Below, piece after piece: positions 9,017-17,741 of a stretch of DNA of 28,244 bases (position 1 is the stretch's first letter; the number at the start of each line of letters is the position of its first letter). The position numbers and the translations under genes are program-made. A model generated the notes under the pieces. The model was not told the origin of the DNA. It did not search any database and worked only from the letters and a program-made list of their open reading frames with translations. The stretch is taken from positions 1-28,244 of the forward strand of contig JAJXXN010000191.1 in the NCBI GenBank assembly GCA_021781075.1, written 5' to 3'. This stretch comes from Acidobacteriota bacterium (GTDB taxonomy: Bacteria; Acidobacteriota; Terriglobia; Terriglobales; Acidobacteriaceae).

Positions 9017-9583
9017 TCAAGTTCTGTTGCATGCACCGCTCTTCAATTCAATTTCAAACTCAAACTCGCAATCGCGCATCATCTCCCACCCGCGCGCGTG
9101 CAACATGCCTGATTCAACCCGCGCAACCGTGATTCCCTCGTCTGAGAGCTTGTCTCTTGTCCATTTCAATCCCTCGCGCCCCCACGCCACAATCGCGCGA
9201 TTACCGATAAAAAGCAGGCATCCGGCGTCAGCGGCGGGCAGCACTTCAAGCACCGGGCGCAGTTCCAACATCGCAAACTCAGCCGGGTTGAGCGTGTTTA
9301 TCAAATACGCATAGCCGCCCGAGAGCGCGCACAACCAATCCGGGTGGGGCGCGGCCCAAACACCGGTGGGAACTTTATCCGAGTTGAAGCCCAGTGCAAA
9401 GGTTGCGAGAAATTTTTCACCCGCGGCCGGCGAGACCAAAAGCTCCAGCGCCCCCCGCTCCACCTCTTCGACGCGCGCGGGGTATGCAAATTGACGCTGC
9501 GGCAAAATCAGCGGACGCCCGGGCAATATCTGGGCCTGCCAGGAAGGGGAAAAACCCTCGCACACAATACTGTCACTTTTCAT
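9017..9583 (-). CDS. Hypothetical protein (188 aa), beta-rich
   Basis: Clean ORF filling the gap, convergent on rsmD; no recognised motif. Confidence 0.65.
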   Translation of the reverse strand: MKSDSIVCEGFSPSWQAQILPGRPLILPQRQFAYPARVEEVERGALELLVSPAAGEKFLATFALGFNSDKVPTGVWAAPHPDWLCALSGGYAYLINTLNPAEFAMLELRPVLEVLPAADAGCLLFIGNRAIVAWGREGLKWTRDKLSDEGITVARVESGMLHARGWEMMRDCEFEFEIELKSGACNRT

Positions 9584-9629
9584 GCAAACCCGCCGCTAAA
9601 GGCAATCATAAGTCTTTCCGCCCCAATGG

Positions 9630-9666
9630 AAAAAATCCAGGCTGGAGTGCCACTCCAGCCTGGATT
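9630..9666 (-). terminator. Intrinsic terminator after the 9689-10762 gene
   Basis: Perfect 15-bp stem AATCCAGGCTGGAGT-gcc-ACTCCAGCCTGGATT, running into a T-run on the minus strand. Confidence 0.75.
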
Positions 9667-9688
9667 CATGCCTGCCGCGGCCTGAAAA

Positions 9689-10762
9689 TCAGGGATGCAG
9701 TACCAGCGTGTTTTGAAGCTGGAAGGTGAGCGTGCTTTCCGCCGGGATGTTCACACGCTTGCCGCGGGTTAAAAATTGCGTCACGCCGCCAAGGCCGCCG
9801 CCGGCAAGCATTCCTACTCCTGCTCCTTTTCCACCACCAAAGAGCGCGCCAAGAATCGTGCCAACCGCCGCTCCACCGCCGGTCATTTCAGCCGTACGCT
9901 TGTTCATCCCAAATCCGGCAGTTGCCTTCTCGTCCACTGATGAGCTGTCCACGTAATAGTTCGCGCCATTCAACTGAATTGAGTTGAGCGACAGCTGGAG
10001 GTTTGGATTGTTGGACCCGGAATTCTGGTTGGTATCGATCACTTTCAGGCTTGCCTGCGTGCCAGCGGGGATTCCCACGGCGCCGGTGCTGTCCACCACA
10101 TCCTGGGTAATCGTGGCTGGATAAAGTTGCCCAGGCTGCTCTGTCGCGGTATCAATGGAGGCATCCGTGCGGACGACCATTTGGGAGCCAGAGGGAATCA
10201 CCAGCGAGGGTGCGCCCTGAACCATGCTCTGCTGCATTGGAGCATTCGCCGGCGCGGGAGGCACGTTGCCCATCTGTGAAGGTTGTCCATAGCCGGGTTG
10301 TGCGGCTGGGGAATTATTTTGTTGCAGGGTTTGCCCATTACCGGGATACGCTGGCCCCGTTGAGGATTGCGGCTGGGCGCCGCCATTCTGCTGGTTAGCC
10401 GCCGCATCAGCCTGATTGCGGTGCGAAATCACCAGGGACGAAACATCATGAAGCGGGAAAACATAGCCTATGCCGTTTGCGCCCCGAAAAGAGACGCGGG
10501 TCACCCCGGTCCAATGGCCGCTGTATGATTGTCCATTGCGCAGGGCAATGTGATCCGCAACATTGGAAAGCACCAGCGACTGCACCTGGTCAAGCGGGAA
10601 CGTGTACTGAATGCCGGAAGCGTCAGTGAATGCAATTTTGCCGCTATGGTCACCGGTGTACTCTCCCGAGTAACTCTTGCCATCGCGGAGAATGACAATG
10701 TCGGCCTGCGCCGCTGCAGCATACATCAGTAAAACAAAAAGTAATGCCAGAATTTTCTTCAT
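9689..10762 (-). CDS. Exported protein: two N-terminal repeats, Q/P/N-rich linker, TrbI/VirB10-like C-terminal domain with glycine zipper
   Basis: Signal peptide ending AAAAQA; AGGAGG RBS; IPSGSQMVVR...GGAAVGTILGALFGGGKGAGVG...NIPAESTLTFQL. Confidence 0.7.
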   Translation of the reverse strand: MKKILALLFVLLMYAAAAQADIVILRDGKSYSGEYTGDHSGKIAFTDASGIQYTFPLDQVQSLVLSNVADHIALRNGQSYSGHWTGVTRVSFRGANGIGYVFPLHDVSSLVISHRNQADAAANQQNGGAQPQSSTGPAYPGNGQTLQQNNSPAAQPGYGQPSQMGNVPPAPANAPMQQSMVQGAPSLVIPSGSQMVVRTDASIDTATEQPGQLYPATITQDVVDSTGAVGIPAGTQASLKVIDTNQNSGSNNPNLQLSLNSIQLNGANYYVDSSSVDEKATAGFGMNKRTAEMTGGGAAVGTILGALFGGGKGAGVGMLAGGGLGGVTQFLTRGKRVNIPAESTLTFQLQNTLVLHP

Positions 10763-10916
10763 TCCAAAAACTCCTCCTTGAGTAAAGAATCTCCCCGCGT
10801 CCCACGCGGGATTGTTTTGTGCGTTTCCTTTCTATAGACGCGCGAAACGGGAAAATTTCCCATCAGTTCGCCTGAGAAAGTCATTTTGAATGATTTCGTT
10901 GTTGTTCAGACAAGTT

Positions 10917-11552
10917 TCAATGGGGAAATTTGCCCAGGTACTCCGGCAACGGCGTGCCCGGCTTCAGCCGTTCATCAGGAACAGGCTCCCCGGCCTTCAA
11001 CGCAACCGGCAGCACACCGGCCCAGACGGGCAGCTCGTAATCCTCTTCATCGTCGTGAGGGCCGCCCTCGCGCATCTTTGCCGAGGCTTCTTCCATGGTG
11101 AATTCAAGCACCGTCGTAGCCTTCAGCTCCTGCGGTTTCGGCATGCGCACCTCGTCCCAGCGGCCGGCCAGCAGGTGCTCACTGATAATCCTGAGCGCCT
11201 GGCCCTTCGCCTCGTCGCCTTCGATCTTCCGCGCCGTGCCAAAGGCCACCACCGAGCGGTAATTCATGGAATGATGAAATGCCGAGCGCGCCAGCACCAA
11301 GCCATCCACCAGTGTCACCGTCACGCAAACCGCGACTCCGCTTTCCAGTTGCCTCATCATCCGGCTTGCCGCTGATCCATGCAAATAAAGCTTGTTTCCA
11401 CTGCGACCAAATAGTGTCGGGATCACAAACGGCTGGCCATCAACAACAAATCCAATGTGCGCCAGATAATGCGCATCGAGAATGGCGTGCAACACCGCTT
11501 CATCGTTGGAGCCCCGCTCCGGCAGCCGCCGCACCCTGCTTCGTTCGCTCAT
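10917..11552 (-). CDS. Pyridoxamine 5'-phosphate oxidase-like FMN-binding protein
   Basis: ILDAHYLAHIGFVVDGQPFVIPT, LYLHGSAASRMM, DGLVLARSAFHHSMNYRSVV. Confidence 0.85.
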   Translation of the reverse strand: MSERSRVRRLPERGSNDEAVLHAILDAHYLAHIGFVVDGQPFVIPTLFGRSGNKLYLHGSAASRMMRQLESGVAVCVTVTLVDGLVLARSAFHHSMNYRSVVAFGTARKIEGDEAKGQALRIISEHLLAGRWDEVRMPKPQELKATTVLEFTMEEASAKMREGGPHDDEEDYELPVWAGVLPVALKAGEPVPDERLKPGTPLPEYLGKFPH

Positions 11553-11647
11553 CTTTGTGACCACTCTTTCCCGCAGATACAACTACTCCCGGGTTCCACT
11601 TGGAAAGCCCCGGGAGCATGATGAATTGCTGATTCTGCGCGCTAAGT

Positions 11648-11878
11648 TTATTTGGGCTCTATTGGCGCATTGGTGGCCGCGGGCGGCGCGGCGGGGGCTG
11701 CCTGCTGTTGCACCGGCTGTTGAGGCGCCGGGTCAGGCGTGCCCTTGATCCCTTCCTTGAAGCCCTTCAAGCCTTCGCCCAGCCCCTTGCCAAGCTCCGG
11801 CAGCTTTTTGGCGCCGAAAAGAAGAAAGAGAACAATGCCAATCAGGAGCAAATGTGTCGGCTGAAATAAATCACCCAT
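11648..11878 (-). CDS. tatA: Twin-arginine translocase TatA/TatE subunit
   Basis: Single TM helix then LFGAKKLPELGKGLGEGLKGFK; GGAGG RBS. Confidence 0.93.
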   Translation of the reverse strand: MGDLFQPTHLLLIGIVLFLLFGAKKLPELGKGLGEGLKGFKEGIKGTPDPAPQQPVQQQAAPAAPPAATNAPIEPK

Positions 11879-12001
11879 GTTTTACCTCCAGCCCCCATCC
11901 CCAACTTTGCCTTTCTGGATGAGGCGCTACTTCCAAATTTTATTGTCGCACAATTCCGCTTGCGCTGCCTTGTGCGCCCGCTCACAACGTTGCAATGCAA
12001 A

Positions 12002-12622
12002 TCAGCGCTTTGTTTTCTTTGCCGCCGACTTCTTAGCCTTCTTGACCGAAGCTGGTTTTGCAGCCTTTTTGGCAATCTTGACTGGTTTTTTTCCGACTGC
12101 CTTTTTTGCTGGCTTCTTGGCTGCTTTTTTAGTCGGAGCCTTCTTGGCCGCCTTCTTTGCGATTTCTGGCTTTACCGGCTTTTTGCCATGTTTTACCGGT
12201 TTTCTTGCCGGTTTCTTCCCTGCGGTTTTAACCGGTTTCGCCTTCTCTGCCCGGCTGAATGATTCAGGCCGCAACATCTGCGCGCTTTTGCGTAACCGCT
12301 CAATGTCATAGAAGGCACGCTTTTCAGCGAGGAAAATATGCGCCACAAAATCCACATAGTCGAGCAGTATCCAATCACCCAATCGCCGGCCCTCAACACT
12401 GTGAGCATAAACGCCGTGCTCGCGTTTGAGGCGGAGCTCAATTTCGTCGGCGATGGCCACGGCCTGTCGCTGGTTCGTGGCCGATGTGATTAAAAAGTAA
12501 TCGGTGAGGCTTGAGTCGGCCTCGTCGAGTTCCAGAACGAGAGTGTCCTGGGCTTTTTTGTCCTCGGCGGCGGCGATTGCCGTCTTAAATAATTTGCGGG
12601 TGATTGCGCGGGGGGTTGGCAT
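12002..12622 (-). CDS. rsfS: Ribosome silencing factor with ~80-aa Lys/Ala-rich C-terminal tail
   Basis: EDKKAQD, DYFLI, WILLDYVDFVAHIF, R.FYDIERL; follows nadD, a conserved pairing. Confidence 0.92.
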   Translation of the reverse strand: MPTPRAITRKLFKTAIAAAEDKKAQDTLVLELDEADSSLTDYFLITSATNQRQAVAIADEIELRLKREHGVYAHSVEGRRLGDWILLDYVDFVAHIFLAEKRAFYDIERLRKSAQMLRPESFSRAEKAKPVKTAGKKPARKPVKHGKKPVKPEIAKKAAKKAPTKKAAKKPAKKAVGKKPVKIAKKAAKPASVKKAKKSAAKKTKR

Positions 12623-12683
12623 GCGTTCTTCGGGTTCTCCAGTAGATAATGTTAGCGCGTTCACAGCGCGGAAGCAAAAGGAA

Positions 12684-13424
12684 TCAAGTGTAGATCCCAT
12701 GATTGTGAATATACGCGAGCACCGCATGTGGCATCAGTTGCTCACTGCCTCGTCCAGTCTGAATTGCAGTGCGCAGCTCCGTGGCTGAAACTTCGTTGTG
12801 CAACCCCGGCAGTATATTCAGCAGTGCGGCCCGTCCACCCTGATCGACAATCTTCCAGCGCTCCAATCTGCCATTCTCAAGCTTTTCCGGCTCTTCGACG
12901 GCCAACTTCAAGCCCATGGGCAAGTGCTCACCTAGCGGCTCCAAGGCTTCGCCGGGGCGCGATGCAACAATCACCTCAGCCAGGAACGGTATCTCCGCGC
13001 CGCGGTGCCAGTGGTCAAGCGCCAGCAAGGAATCAGCGCCCATCAGGCAAAAGAGCTTGCCGCCTTTGGACATCATGCCTTGCAAAGCTTCAAGCGTCTC
13101 CGCCGTGTAGTTTGGGGCATCCTCGGCGTGCGGGGCATCGATCATTGAAACGCTGAATTCGGGCTCGCCTTCAATGGCGATGCGCGTCATGGCGCAGCGG
13201 TCCTCGTACGCCGCGCCAAGGCCGATTTTCAAGGGCTGGCGGCCAACGGGCACAAATAGAACCTCATCAAGCCGCAGCAGCTCACGTGCCGCACGTGCCA
13301 CGGCCAAATGGCCAATGTGTGGCGGGTCAAAGCTGCCGCCAAAAAACGCCACGCGCCGACCATGCAACAAGTCTTCGCGGGCTCCGCGTTCCACTGCAAA
13401 CCTGTTTGTCGGCTTCTGCTCCAT
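12684..13424 (-). CDS. nadD: Nicotinate-nucleotide adenylyltransferase
   Basis: FGGSFDPPHIGH, LMGADS, VSATELR, V..YI..HGIY. Confidence 0.93.
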   Translation of the reverse strand: MEQKPTNRFAVERGAREDLLHGRRVAFFGGSFDPPHIGHLAVARAARELLRLDEVLFVPVGRQPLKIGLGAAYEDRCAMTRIAIEGEPEFSVSMIDAPHAEDAPNYTAETLEALQGMMSKGGKLFCLMGADSLLALDHWHRGAEIPFLAEVIVASRPGEALEPLGEHLPMGLKLAVEEPEKLENGRLERWKIVDQGGRAALLNILPGLHNEVSATELRTAIQTGRGSEQLMPHAVLAYIHNHGIYT

Positions 13425-13466
13425 TTCACCATCCTAGACCGTTACCGCCCCTGATAGCATCGTGGT
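13425..13466. promoter_or_regulatory. Back-to-back divergent -10 elements for nadD and VKOR, leaderless geometry
   Basis: Minus: TAGGAT (13436-13431), 6 nt, ATG. Plus: TGaTAGCAT (13452-13460), 6 nt, ATG. No SD before either start. Confidence 0.55.
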
Positions 13467-13868
13467 ATGCGCTATATTCTGATCGCTCTCGCCCTTGCCG
13501 GTTGCATCGTCTCCGCGCTTGCATTGCAGGTTCACTACTCCAATGATGTACAGCCCTGCGACATCAACGAACATTGGGATTGCGGCATCGTGAACCACAG
13601 CCCCTTTGCTGAAATTGCGCATGTGCCTGTCGCCGCCATCGGCATTGCCGGTTACTTGCTGCTGGCGCCGCTCTGCTTCTTCCGCATTCGCAAATATCTT
13701 CTGCTTGGCTGCCTCGTCGGCCTCGGCTTCTCGCTCTATCTGACACATATTGAGAAGGATGTCCTGCACGTCTGGTGCATCTACTGCGTGGTCTCATTCG
13801 CAATCATCACCCTGATGACACTGTTGAGCCTGGCGTGGGCGTTTGCCTCGCGCAAAAAGAGTTCTTAA
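13467..13868 (+). CDS. Vitamin K epoxide reductase (VKOR) family membrane protein
   Basis: Loop cysteines PCDINEHWDC, VNHSPFA, active-site WCIYC, multiple TM helices. Confidence 0.88.
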   Translation: MRYILIALALAGCIVSALALQVHYSNDVQPCDINEHWDCGIVNHSPFAEIAHVPVAAIGIAGYLLLAPLCFFRIRKYLLLGCLVGLGFSLYLTHIEKDVLHVWCIYCVVSFAIITLMTLLSLAWAFASRKKSS

Positions 13869-13922
13869 GCTGCTGAGACGTCGTATTCGTCCGTCTACAG
13901 CGCTGATAAACTAGGGTACGGA

Positions 13923-15134
13923 ATGAGCCTGAACTGGTACGCGAAGTGGATGTACAAATGGGAGACGAGGCTGACCACGCGGGATGAGAACCGCATCGTC
14001 CGCCCCGTGGAATGGGGCTTTAGCTGGGTTGGGCGGTTCCTCAAGCTTGCCGGCATTGAGGCGGAGGAATCGATGAGCAAGACGGAAGCGCTTGCCGTTT
14101 TTGCAAAACTCAACCAGTGGATCGCCGCCAACCCGGAGCAATTTTATGATTACGAGCGCCCGGTGGATTTCCGCCTGGAGGCGCGCTTCCCTCAACTTTT
14201 CCCTACCAATGTCCGCCCCGAGACGCTGGCGCAGGACGCTGCATTGCGCGAGCGGGCCGAGAATGGCAAACTGGGCAAGGCCAAGTTTTTGCGCTTTACC
14301 TCGCCGGAGCACACCCCCTACCCCGAGAACAACCTGGTGAATGCGCGCTGGTATCCCGCCGCGCCAAAAAATGACTCCAAGCGACCCAAGCAGGCTATCG
14401 TGATTCTGCCCCAGTGGAATGCCGATGCTTTCAGCCACAATTCTTTGGCCACAATCTTCAATAAATTCGGGGTTTCAGCACTCAGGCTCTCGAAGCCTTA
14501 CCACGACATACGCCGCCCCTCGGAGCTGGAGCGCGCGGACTACGCGGTGAGCTCAAACATCGGCCGCACGCTCTCTGCTTGCCGTCAGGCGGTTATTGAT
14601 ATTCGCTGCTGCATCGACTGGCTTGAGTCGCAGGGTTACGAACAATTCGGCGTCCTCGGAACCAGCCTCGGCTCCTGTTACGCCTATCTCGCATCAATGA
14701 TCGACCCGCGCATCCAGGTCAACGCATTCAATCACGCGTCAACTGCCTTTGGCGATGTGGTGTGGAACGGGCAGAGCACGCGCCATGTGCGTCGGGCATT
14801 CGAGGATGCGGGCTTCACGCAGGAGGAACTGCGCCAGGCATGGGCCGGCATCAGCCCGGTCAGTTTTTTCCGGCGTTTTGCCCAATGCGGTTTGCCGGAG
14901 CGCAAGAAGAAAACGCTGCTAGTATACGCGCAGTATGATTTGACCTTCCCTTTGCAGTATTCCCTTGAGGTCCTGCGCGCGTTTGAACAGCACGGGTATG
15001 ACTTTGAATGCCGCGTGCTGCCCTGCGGTCATTACACAACCGGCGAAACGCCATACAAGTACATGGATGGCTGGTATCTCGGCTCATTTGTTTACCGTGC
15101 ATTCAAATCATTGCGGGCCGAGCGCGTCAGCTAA
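13923..15134 (+). CDS. Alpha/beta hydrolase (ABHD18-like)
   Basis: Nucleophile elbow GTSLG, candidate Asp (YDLTF) and His (PCGHY). Confidence 0.75.
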   Translation: MSLNWYAKWMYKWETRLTTRDENRIVRPVEWGFSWVGRFLKLAGIEAEESMSKTEALAVFAKLNQWIAANPEQFYDYERPVDFRLEARFPQLFPTNVRPETLAQDAALRERAENGKLGKAKFLRFTSPEHTPYPENNLVNARWYPAAPKNDSKRPKQAIVILPQWNADAFSHNSLATIFNKFGVSALRLSKPYHDIRRPSELERADYAVSSNIGRTLSACRQAVIDIRCCIDWLESQGYEQFGVLGTSLGSCYAYLASMIDPRIQVNAFNHASTAFGDVVWNGQSTRHVRRAFEDAGFTQEELRQAWAGISPVSFFRRFAQCGLPERKKKTLLVYAQYDLTFPLQYSLEVLRAFEQHGYDFECRVLPCGHYTTGETPYKYMDGWYLGSFVYRAFKSLRAERVS

Positions 15135-15167
15135 TCCTTACCGGGATCCTATTTCGAGGGGGGTATT

Positions 15168-16925
15168 ATGATATTGCCCATGAAACGCAAACCACGACTT
15201 TTGATTGCAGCGCTTCTGTTCGCCGGCTCGTGCGGGTTGGCGCAGGAAGGCGTATTGAGCGTTCTGGATTATCGGAACGAGCAACCGGCACGCGCCAAGC
15301 ATGGAATGGTGGTCAGTGTGCATCACCTGGCCAGTGATGCAGGCGTTGAAATCATGCAGGAGGGCGGTAACGCCATTGATGCCGCGGTGGCCACCGGCTT
15401 CGCGCTGGCGGTTGTGCATCCCGCGGCGGGCAACCTGGGCGGCGGCGGATTCATGCTGGTGCGCGGGCACGATGGCTCCACCACTTTCATTGATTATCGT
15501 GAGCGCGCCCCGCTGGCGGGCAGCACGAATATGTACCTTGATTCCAAGGGCAACGTGATCCCCGATGCAAGCACACTGGGGTATCGCTCCATTGCCACGC
15601 CCGGTTCGGTTGCGGGCCTGGTTTACGCGGAAAAAAAATATGGCCGGCTCTCACTCACGGATGTAATGGCGCCGGCCATCAAACTGGCACGTGATGGATT
15701 TGTATTGACGGAGGAAGAGGCGGCGGAGCTGAAGGATCCCGACCTGGCCAAATTTCCCGACTCTCGCCGTATCTTTCAACGTGATGGCAACTACTACAAA
15801 GCGGGCGAGATCTTTCGACAGCCCGAATTGGCCTTCACATTGCTGCGCATCTCTATCAACCCGGATGATTTTTACCACGGCAAGCTGGCTGATGAGCTGG
15901 TTGCCGACCTCAAAAAGGGCGGGGCAATCCTCGGAAAAGAGGACCTTGCGCATTATGAAGTGAAGGAACGCAAACCCGTCATCGGCACTTTCCATGAGTA
16001 CACGATCATCAGTGCGCCACCGCCCTCCTCCGGCGGGTTGGTGTTGATCAGCGCGTTGAATATTCTTGAGGGCTACAATCTCAAGCGGCTCGGCGACCGC
16101 TCGGTTGATTCCATTCACTTGATTACCGAGGCCATGCGGCGCGCCTTCATGGACCGTACGGATTACATGGGCGACCCGGATTTCAACCTGATTCCCGTGA
16201 AGGAGTTGCTCAGCAAGCGGTATGCCGAGGCGTGGCGGCGCGGTATTGCGGGCGATGAATCCACGCCCAGCGCAGGCCTGAAGCGGCCGGAAGGTTTTTT
16301 ACCGCCACCGCCCACTACCGCCGGCCGATACAACGAGCACAATCACACGACCCACTATTCAGTTGTTGACCCGGATGGAACCGCTGTATCCGTTACAACA
16401 ACCCTCAATGATTCCTTTGGATCGCACGTGACTGCCGGCTCGCTCGGATTTTTACTGAATGATGAGATGGATGATTTCGCCGTCAAGCTGAACACGCCGA
16501 ATTATTACGGATTGATCCAGGGCCCGGCCAACCTGATTGCCCCTGGAAAGCGGCCCCTGAGCGCAATGACGCCAACCATTGTCCTCGAGAATGGCAAACT
16601 GCGCTATGTGCTCGGCTCGCCTGGCGGACCGCGCATCATCACGACGGTCTTGAACATCTTTCTCTCCGCTTCCCAAGGCGGGTTGAACATCCAACAGGCT
16701 GTTGATGCGCCGCGTTTTCATCATCAATATCTGCCCGACACCCTTTACCTAGAACCAGGCTTCGAGAAGCAGACCATTGCCGGGTTGCAGTCCATGGGTT
16801 ACAAAATCAACATCAAGGACGGGCATTGGTCCAACGGCGAGTGCATTGAGATCGACCCGAAAACAGGTGATAAATTGGGCGGGCAGGACCATCGTAGCCA
16901 TTACGGCGAGGCGGCAGGCTGGTAA
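15168..16925 (+). CDS. ggt: Gamma-glutamyltransferase, exported
   Basis: GGNAIDAA, GNLGGGGF, DYRERAP, nucleophile TTHYSVVD, NDEMDDF, PGKRPLSAMTPT, GSPGG; start may be 15180. Confidence 0.95.
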   Translation: MILPMKRKPRLLIAALLFAGSCGLAQEGVLSVLDYRNEQPARAKHGMVVSVHHLASDAGVEIMQEGGNAIDAAVATGFALAVVHPAAGNLGGGGFMLVRGHDGSTTFIDYRERAPLAGSTNMYLDSKGNVIPDASTLGYRSIATPGSVAGLVYAEKKYGRLSLTDVMAPAIKLARDGFVLTEEEAAELKDPDLAKFPDSRRIFQRDGNYYKAGEIFRQPELAFTLLRISINPDDFYHGKLADELVADLKKGGAILGKEDLAHYEVKERKPVIGTFHEYTIISAPPPSSGGLVLISALNILEGYNLKRLGDRSVDSIHLITEAMRRAFMDRTDYMGDPDFNLIPVKELLSKRYAEAWRRGIAGDESTPSAGLKRPEGFLPPPPTTAGRYNEHNHTTHYSVVDPDGTAVSVTTTLNDSFGSHVTAGSLGFLLNDEMDDFAVKLNTPNYYGLIQGPANLIAPGKRPLSAMTPTIVLENGKLRYVLGSPGGPRIITTVLNIFLSASQGGLNIQQAVDAPRFHHQYLPDTLYLEPGFEKQTIAGLQSMGYKINIKDGHWSNGECIEIDPKTGDKLGGQDHRSHYGEAAGW

Positions 16926-16934
16926 TCTCAAGGA

Positions 16935-17741
16935 ATGACCAAAGTCATTTCAAACCGGCTCTTTTCTTCACATCATCTTGATGTTGCGGCAATGGAATCA
17001 GTCATGGCGGCAGGAGTTGACGCGGTTGAAATTTCCACAAATCCTCATTTTTTCAGCAGTCTGAATTTCGACAGCCTGCGGGAGCTTGCGCGCTGGTTTG
17101 CTGCCAATCCGTTACTGCCCTGGGCAGTGCATGCGCCAACAATGATTGGGGAGGTCACCGAGCATGGCGGCGGCTTGCCCATCAACTTGCTTCATCCTGA
17201 CAAGGCGCGTCGCATCAATTCCATGGATGAAATCAAACGTTCGCTGGATGCCGCCTATTTGATTCCTTTTCGTTATCTGGTTTTACGGTTGGCTCATCCG
17301 GAAACAGAGTGGACGCCCGAGACGCAGGAACACGGCGTCACAGCCCTTGAGCATCTTGGGGTTTTTGCCGCGCAATCCGGTATGAAGCTTCTGCTTAAGG
17401 CCGACAGTTCCAATGCCGGCAAGCCTGAACGACTGCTTGAGATCCTTGCAGCAGGCCGTTTTCGCACTGTACAGCTCGCCCTGAATACAGCGGATGCATT
17501 CGGCACTCAACATGCTTATGATTTGCCGCATGATTTGTTGAAGGCGGTTTACCTTACAGATCTATCTGCTGGCGCGCAGGTATGGCCGGGTGAAGGCTCC
17601 GTGGACTGGCCTGCGGTACGCGGGCAAATCAACAGCTTGCCGGATGATATGGCTGTCGTGCTCTCAACAAATTCCAGTAATGCAAACGGTGGCACTCCTC
17701 AACATGAAAAAATCCGCCGCGCGTTTGCACTCGTTTCCTAG
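16935..17741 (+). CDS. Sugar-phosphate isomerase/AP endonuclease 2-like TIM-barrel protein, metal ligands apparently lost
   Basis: AVHAP, LNLLHPDKARR..SMDEIKRSL, WPGEGSVDW; usual E/D/H/E ligands not visible. Confidence 0.6.
   Translation: MTKVISNRLFSSHHLDVAAMESVMAAGVDAVEISTNPHFFSSLNFDSLRELARWFAANPLLPWAVHAPTMIGEVTEHGGGLPINLLHPDKARRINSMDEIKRSLDAAYLIPFRYLVLRLAHPETEWTPETQEHGVTALEHLGVFAAQSGMKLLLKADSSNAGKPERLLEILAAGRFRTVQLALNTADAFGTQHAYDLPHDLLKAVYLTDLSAGAQVWPGEGSVDWPAVRGQINSLPDDMAVVLSTNSSNANGGTPQHEKIRRAFALVS

Noticed and set aside
11586-11617. Bulged hairpin after tatA as a terminator
   Set aside because: Stem is plausible but the U-tract is weak; not called.
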